DNA from: Vicugna vicugna
Taxonomy: Eukaryota
Assembly (NCBI GenBank): GCA_013265495.1
Contig: MU058769.1
Coordinates: 830,477 to 894,476, forward strand
DNA: 64,000 nt
Direction: 5' to 3'
Every line of letters starts with the position of its first letter. Positions within the stretch are counted from its first letter, which is position 1. Under the pieces are notes generated by a model, which saw nothing but the letters and a program-made list of their open reading frames with translations, ran no database searches and had not been told where the DNA came from. Both the position numbers and the translations under genes were made by a program. Below are positions 58,731-64,000 of this stretch, piece by piece.

Positions 58731-60517
58731 TCTAAAGGTTGCCAGTGGTCCTTGACTAACCCTTCCAGGACCGGAGGGTGAGTCAGCCAGCATCCCCTTG
58801 GCCCTTTTCCCCACCTCATCTCCCCAGCTCAGTGTCTCTGCAGGTCTCGGAGGACTTGCGCCTCAGGGTCTGGTTTTCCTTTCTAGGGGCACTTGCTCTA
58901 TTCTATCATCGAGCCAAAAGATCTAGGTCTCATTGGGGTTGGGACCACATTTGTTCCCCAAGGACTGTGCAGGTGGGAGAGAACAAATTCTACAGGATGC
59001 CAAAGCTATTTACATGTCAAGAGATAAAGAAGATATTGAATAAAGAGAGAATAAGAGCAAAGTCTGATTTGGGGTAGGGGGGTGGGGTGGCAGGGAAGGA
59101 CCAGGAGCACCAGCGAAGGGAAAGGAAATGTCAGCAGGTCCACTGAGAGATCAGGTTCAAGGCTAACTCCTAGAATAGCTGACGAGTAAAACAGGACATA
59201 CGTGCACCTTCCGCCCAGGAGGGTGTGCGCTCACCGGAGCAGCCATCCCGTAATAACAGACCTGGTGCAGGCACTCTCAGACCCGAGGGCCTGGGCACTT
59301 CGGCAGACAAAGCAGCCCTGTTCTAGCTGGCTTCTGGTCCAGAGAGGCTTCCAGTTCTAAGTCAACTTCTCTACTTTGATTTCTACTAGTTCCTTCATAA
59401 GATACGCATGTTACTAAGCTCCTCTGCATTCCAGTTGGAAACTACTCCTCCATTTCAGAAGAGGGAGGGAATCATGACAGGGCCACACCCAACCCCATGT
59501 CCCCAGGACAAGTGAGTTAATCCTGTGCTTCTCCAACTGGCTGGCCGGAGACTGGGTGAAAAGCAGTTTAATGCTGCTTCTGTACTTTCTCAAGGTTGTA
59601 CCCCAAAACCACAGAAGCAAAGACATAGATTAAGAACATCTATTTCTTTTCAATACCCCAGTTTCATTTTCTCTTTGTTACTGGAATTCCCTAAAAAAAA
59701 AAAAAAAATGACTCTCACTGGGATCATTAACTCTCAAAGCAAATGCAGAGAACGTAGCGCAGTTGTCTCAGGTCTTCGTTGTACCCACTTCTGAGGGGCC
59801 GAGCAACTGCTCAAGAGGTTTAGACTTCACAGACTCCTCACAGGAGGCGCATGGCTGCCTGGCCTCCTCCCACCCCGATGCCTAGGCGCCGGGCAGAGAG
59901 GCAAAAGCCCCAAGGCACGTGCTACTTGCATTAGTGCAGAGAAAACCCCATCCCAAGTCACAGGGACACAAAGAAGGGGGTCTGTGCAGCAAGGCTGTTT
60001 GCGAGCCTCAGAGGCTGACCCTTCCAGAAGGCCCAAGCCCCCACATCAGTGTCCCTTCTGACCCCTGGCCACCTGTCTTTAACAATAAAACCCCCATGAC
60101 AGTGTGCTGTCTGCACTGTGTCCTTGGGGGAATGGAAGAGGACCGCAGCGGTGGTCTAGCTGTCTAAAAAAGAAAGACATTAACATTAATCAATTATCTA
60201 CCAAGTACCAAGCATTGCAGAAGTGTAGAGACCAATACTCCTACTTTATAGACATGCCACTCAGCACACCAAAGTGATTCTTCAAGTCTCGCTGTGAACA
60301 GGGAAAGCAGGGATTTGCACCCAGGCCTGAAGCAACCAATTTTGCTCCTGGAGCAATTTTTCTGAACACTTTTAACTGCTGCCCCTGCCTCCTTGTCATC
60401 CCTTCTTCATCCTAAGGGCCAAACTTCCCAAGATGGGAATAAAAGATAGTAACTCAACTTACCGGAAAGCTAGGAGGAAAAAAGTTGAGAAAAAGAGGAA
60501 GGGATACACACAAACAC

Positions 60518-60556
60518 GTATGTATGTATGTATGTATGTATGTGTATATGTATGTA
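60518..60556 (+). repeat. (GTAT)n microsatellite
   Basis: Read directly. Confidence 0.85.
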
Positions 60557-63149
60557 AATCCATATTGGCTTTTTTCCCCCATACTTAGTTATAAACACAT
60601 GTATTAACTCTCCACAGAAAGGCTGGGAGCATCCATTCACATTGGCCAGAAATGTGGCTTCCATTGTATTTACCATTTTAACAAAGTCCGTGATCATAAG
60701 GGATTTGGGGATTTGGAAGGTCCCACCAAGAGGATGAAATGGGACCTCTCTTCCACCCGGTTTAAGACCCCTGGAGACAGAAGTCAGGGCCACCCCCACC
60801 TCTGCCGTCTCTGGAGGAGTTCTCACGGCCATTCCTAGGTCCTGCTCCACCATGAGCTCAGTAAGTCAAGCTCAGCAGCAGAACTGCCCACTCCCAGCCC
60901 CGGACTGGGGGCATTTCACAGACGCTGCAGCCCAGTTAGTGGGGCTCCCTTGTGTTCCTTCAAGAGGAAGGAGACACAAGCTTAAGTCACCACACAGGCC
61001 CCTATCTGACTCGAAGGTGGGGGAACAATTGCAAAGGAGACACAGGAGCAAGTCTCAGCAGCCATGAAGGGGCCAAGGCTGAGACTGGGCAAGGAAGGAA
61101 GAGGCACCAGTGGAGCAGGAGGAGCGAGCTATGACGTGCACCCTGGACCCACAGAGCAAGCTAGGGAAGACAGCCCCAGAGAGACTCAGTCTAGGCTTTT
61201 CATGGTAAAGGCCTAGTTACAACTACAGTGAAAGGTGTTTGAGCTTTTTCAGGCAGAATATGCAGAATTCCTCCCTTATGGGGAGAAAGCAAGAGCTAGA
61301 AAAACCAGTCACCACCCTAATTCTTAGGGTTGGCAGTTACAGGAACCTGTTGTTCATTTCTCCATGCGAGAAGACAATCCAGGCCATCAGAATCCTCTCC
61401 CTGAAAGGAAGGGGTGCCACAAAACAAGGAAGGCCCCGGCTCCCCCAGAGGGGCTGTGGCTCACTAAACCTCTAGAAGAGGCCGCTTTCCGCCTTGTTTC
61501 ACACTGGGAAGTGACAGGGTGGGTTTGTTTCTTTGGCTTCTTCCCACCTAACCCCAAAGCCCAGGGCGCAATCTCCCATCCGTGGACATGACACCCTTGT
61601 ACGAGGCTCCAATAAGTGGCCGTTTTGGGGCCACATTAGCTTTTTTAACTTTTGATATTACACATAACCCTGTCCCTGCTGTACCAGGAAGCCATTTCAC
61701 TCATCTGTCTGGGAAGATGATCCAATTTTGGTCCTTTTATCATCAATGCTTTCAGCAACTTTGTTCTACTTCCCCTACTGTAATTACTTTTGAATCATCA
61801 ACACACCCAGCCAGCCTTAAAGCTCCGAGAATAGAATACTAAAAAAGAAAAGAATAAAAAAGTACCAAAAAACTTGCAATGGTAAATAACTTCACTAAAA
61901 ACCACCCAAGCTAGAGGCAATTTTTTCTCTCTAGAGATTTACTTTTTAATAAACTGCCTCAATACTTTCTCCCCTTTTTCTAAAAGGAGGCAGAGCCTAG
62001 AGATGGGACATGGTGGAGAGCGGGGAGGGCAAGGAGCAATTTATTAGCTTCTTAAGGAGATAAATAAAACATCTGCTCCCCACCCCCACTTTTCTTTTCT
62101 TCTTTTTTTTTTTTTTAAAAGAGGTGGGATTTGTTTGTTAAGTGATGAGGGACTCTGAAAGTTGGCCTGCTGGTTGCTGGGTGCCCAAGCAGCCTAGGAA
62201 GAAAGCATGTCTTCTCTGGAATGCAGTCAAATTACATGGCGGGAGAGAGAGTCCCATGGCTGTTGGCTTCAGAATTCAGATTCCTCCAGGGATAAGTCTG
62301 AAGGACAAACCATACACAAAAAACCCGTAACTCCAAGAAAATTCAACCAACATCAGCAGCTGAGCACTGTCAACAAGCCAGCTGCTTGCTTTCTGCTGTC
62401 ATCTATTCTGCTCCCAGCCACCAGCCCTACTGGGTGAAACTTCTAGCTCTGATTTGTAAGTTGCCCCTTCAGCAGTCCCGCTTCCCCTCAGTCCTGGTGT
62501 GGTCCCCTGTCCAGGAAGGCACCCTCCTGAGCCCCTAGGAAGAGAGGACCAGAGTGGGGACACTCAGGGCCGCTCTTTCCTCTTTTCATCACAGTGCTCC
62601 CTCTGGAATCCTTCCACATCCACATTTGCTCATTTCAGGCTAGCTCTTGGAGTCCTTTCCTGGGATGAGGTTGGGAAGAGAGTGAGAAGAGTCAGGAATG
62701 AGGTTATAAGCACAGAAAGCCTATTCTCTTAAGACCTCAGCACAGCTGAGCAGCCAGCAGACAGGTGAAGTTGCAGCTTGGTTCGTGATGCAGCCAGGAG
62801 AGCAGGAAGTCAGGGGCTTTTTAAAGGTTTGGGATCTGAGCAGGCAAGGCTTATTTAAAGAAAAGCCAGTGATGCAGGAAGCACACACTACCCTTCCCGG
62901 CTATTTCACCAGGAGAATTAGGGAAAGGCTGAAACCACCAGCCAAGCTTCTTCATCTCTAGGCAAGTTGGGGGAGCTCCTTGGGACCACGAACCCCAGAA
63001 ATAAGTGATCTGCTGACTAATGATGCCGAATAGGGACATGTGGGGCTACAGCAAGCCCCAGAGCTGGCCTCCCACCAGGCTCTAGGCCTCAATATGTTCA
63101 ATTACTGAGCACGGGCCTTTCATGCCCAGTTCTAGGGGGGTCGGGGGGA

Positions 63150-64000
63150 GGGCAGTAACGCTCCGAATTTGGTCCCAAGAGCATGCTCTCCTCAGCCTCA
63201 GGGCCAGGTGGCCCCAGTCCTGGAAGTTCTCCAGGAAAAAAAAAAAAAAAGACGCTAGTCCTTACTCCCCGCGGAAATTCTGTCCGCTATTTTAGACACA
63301 TTCCTCAAGGCCCTAAGAGGAGCATAGGGGAGGGGGACAGAGTTTCGGGGCCTTCACCCGGACCAAACTCAGAGATCCCACCCTCGGGCCCAACCTTCCC
63401 CCCGCCCCCAGGAGAGGCCTCCGCCTCCTCCCGCTCCCGCCCCCAAGCCCACCCCAGAGAGGGCCCGAGACCCTCCTCGTGTCTCCACCTGACCCGCAAG
63501 AAGGCGGGGGCCACGAGCCGCTGCCCACGGAGAACTCGCACTTTTTCGCTGCGCGATTCAGAAACACGCCGGGTCTGATGCCATCCGACGAATTATGTAA
63601 CCAGGGACACCGCTCCCGGGCTAAACAAACGCGGCTCTGTGTGTGCGGCGGCGGCCCCGGGGAAGCGCACCGGGGCAGGGAGGGGCTCCGGCCGGGCCTC
63701 GGGGTCGCGCTCGTTTGCTCAGCGACAGCGGCAGGAGGCGGCCCAGCGAGAGCCCCGCGCGCCGAGGTCCCGGGCCCAGCGCAGGGCCGCGGGCTGGCCA
63801 GGTCGGGTCCGCCAGGGCTCGGCCCCTCCCCCACCGCGGCCGCCCCCGCCTCCGGGCGGTGAACTTGGTCCCAAGTCCCGCCGGACGCCGTCACCGCCCG
63901 CGGCCTGAACGACCTCGGGCTTGGGGGAGCCCCGGGAAGTGATGGACTCCAGTCCCGGCTCCATTCCAGATCAGGACCGCTCGGGACCCCTCTGTCCCCC
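63150..64000. promoter_or_regulatory. Edge of the CTDSP2 5' CpG island (intron 1 side)
   Basis: Sharp rise in GC and CpG; the CTDSP2 exon-1 coding sequence is not in the window, so the TSS lies further right. Confidence 0.8.

Noticed and set aside
63183..63964. ORFs in the right-hand CpG island as CTDSP2 exon 1 or a new gene
   Set aside because: None matches the expected CTDSP2 N-terminus; typical CpG-island noise.

Overview
Mammalian (eukaryotic, intron-containing) genomic DNA syntenic with the human 12q14.1 cluster. Reading splice sites by hand gives: CYP27B1 (minus strand, coding exons 1-2 and the first 8 nt of exon 3; the gene runs off the left edge), METTL1 (minus, complete, 277 aa), EEF1AKMT3/METTL21B (plus, complete, 226 aa), TSFM (plus, complete, 325 aa), AVIL (minus, 19 coding exons, 816 aa) and CTDSP2 (minus, exons 2-8; exon 1 lies beyond the right edge), with mir-26a-2 in CTDSP2 intron 5. 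All reading frames are intact with GT-AG introns. Introns carry L1, L2, MIR and DNA-transposon remnants and three tRNA-derived SINEs whose form suggests a camelid genome (inference). No new gene family was found. The best leads are cis-level: (1) a 30-bp copy of the AVIL exon-10 splice donor placed just upstream of the exon-7 branch point, closing a frame-compatible 103-nt candidate mutually exclusive exon; (2) perfect CREs in METTL1 intron 1 and over the EEF1AKMT3 stop codon, in the region known from mouse to hold the kidney Cyp27b1 enhancers; (3) a miR-26 site in its own host's 3'UTR that lies between two poly(A) signals; (4) an octamer in the putative AVIL promoter; (5) no canonical poly(A) signal between METTL1 and CYP27B1. 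Gene and repeat identities rest on recalled sequence similarity, not on database searches. Repeat boundaries are approximate.
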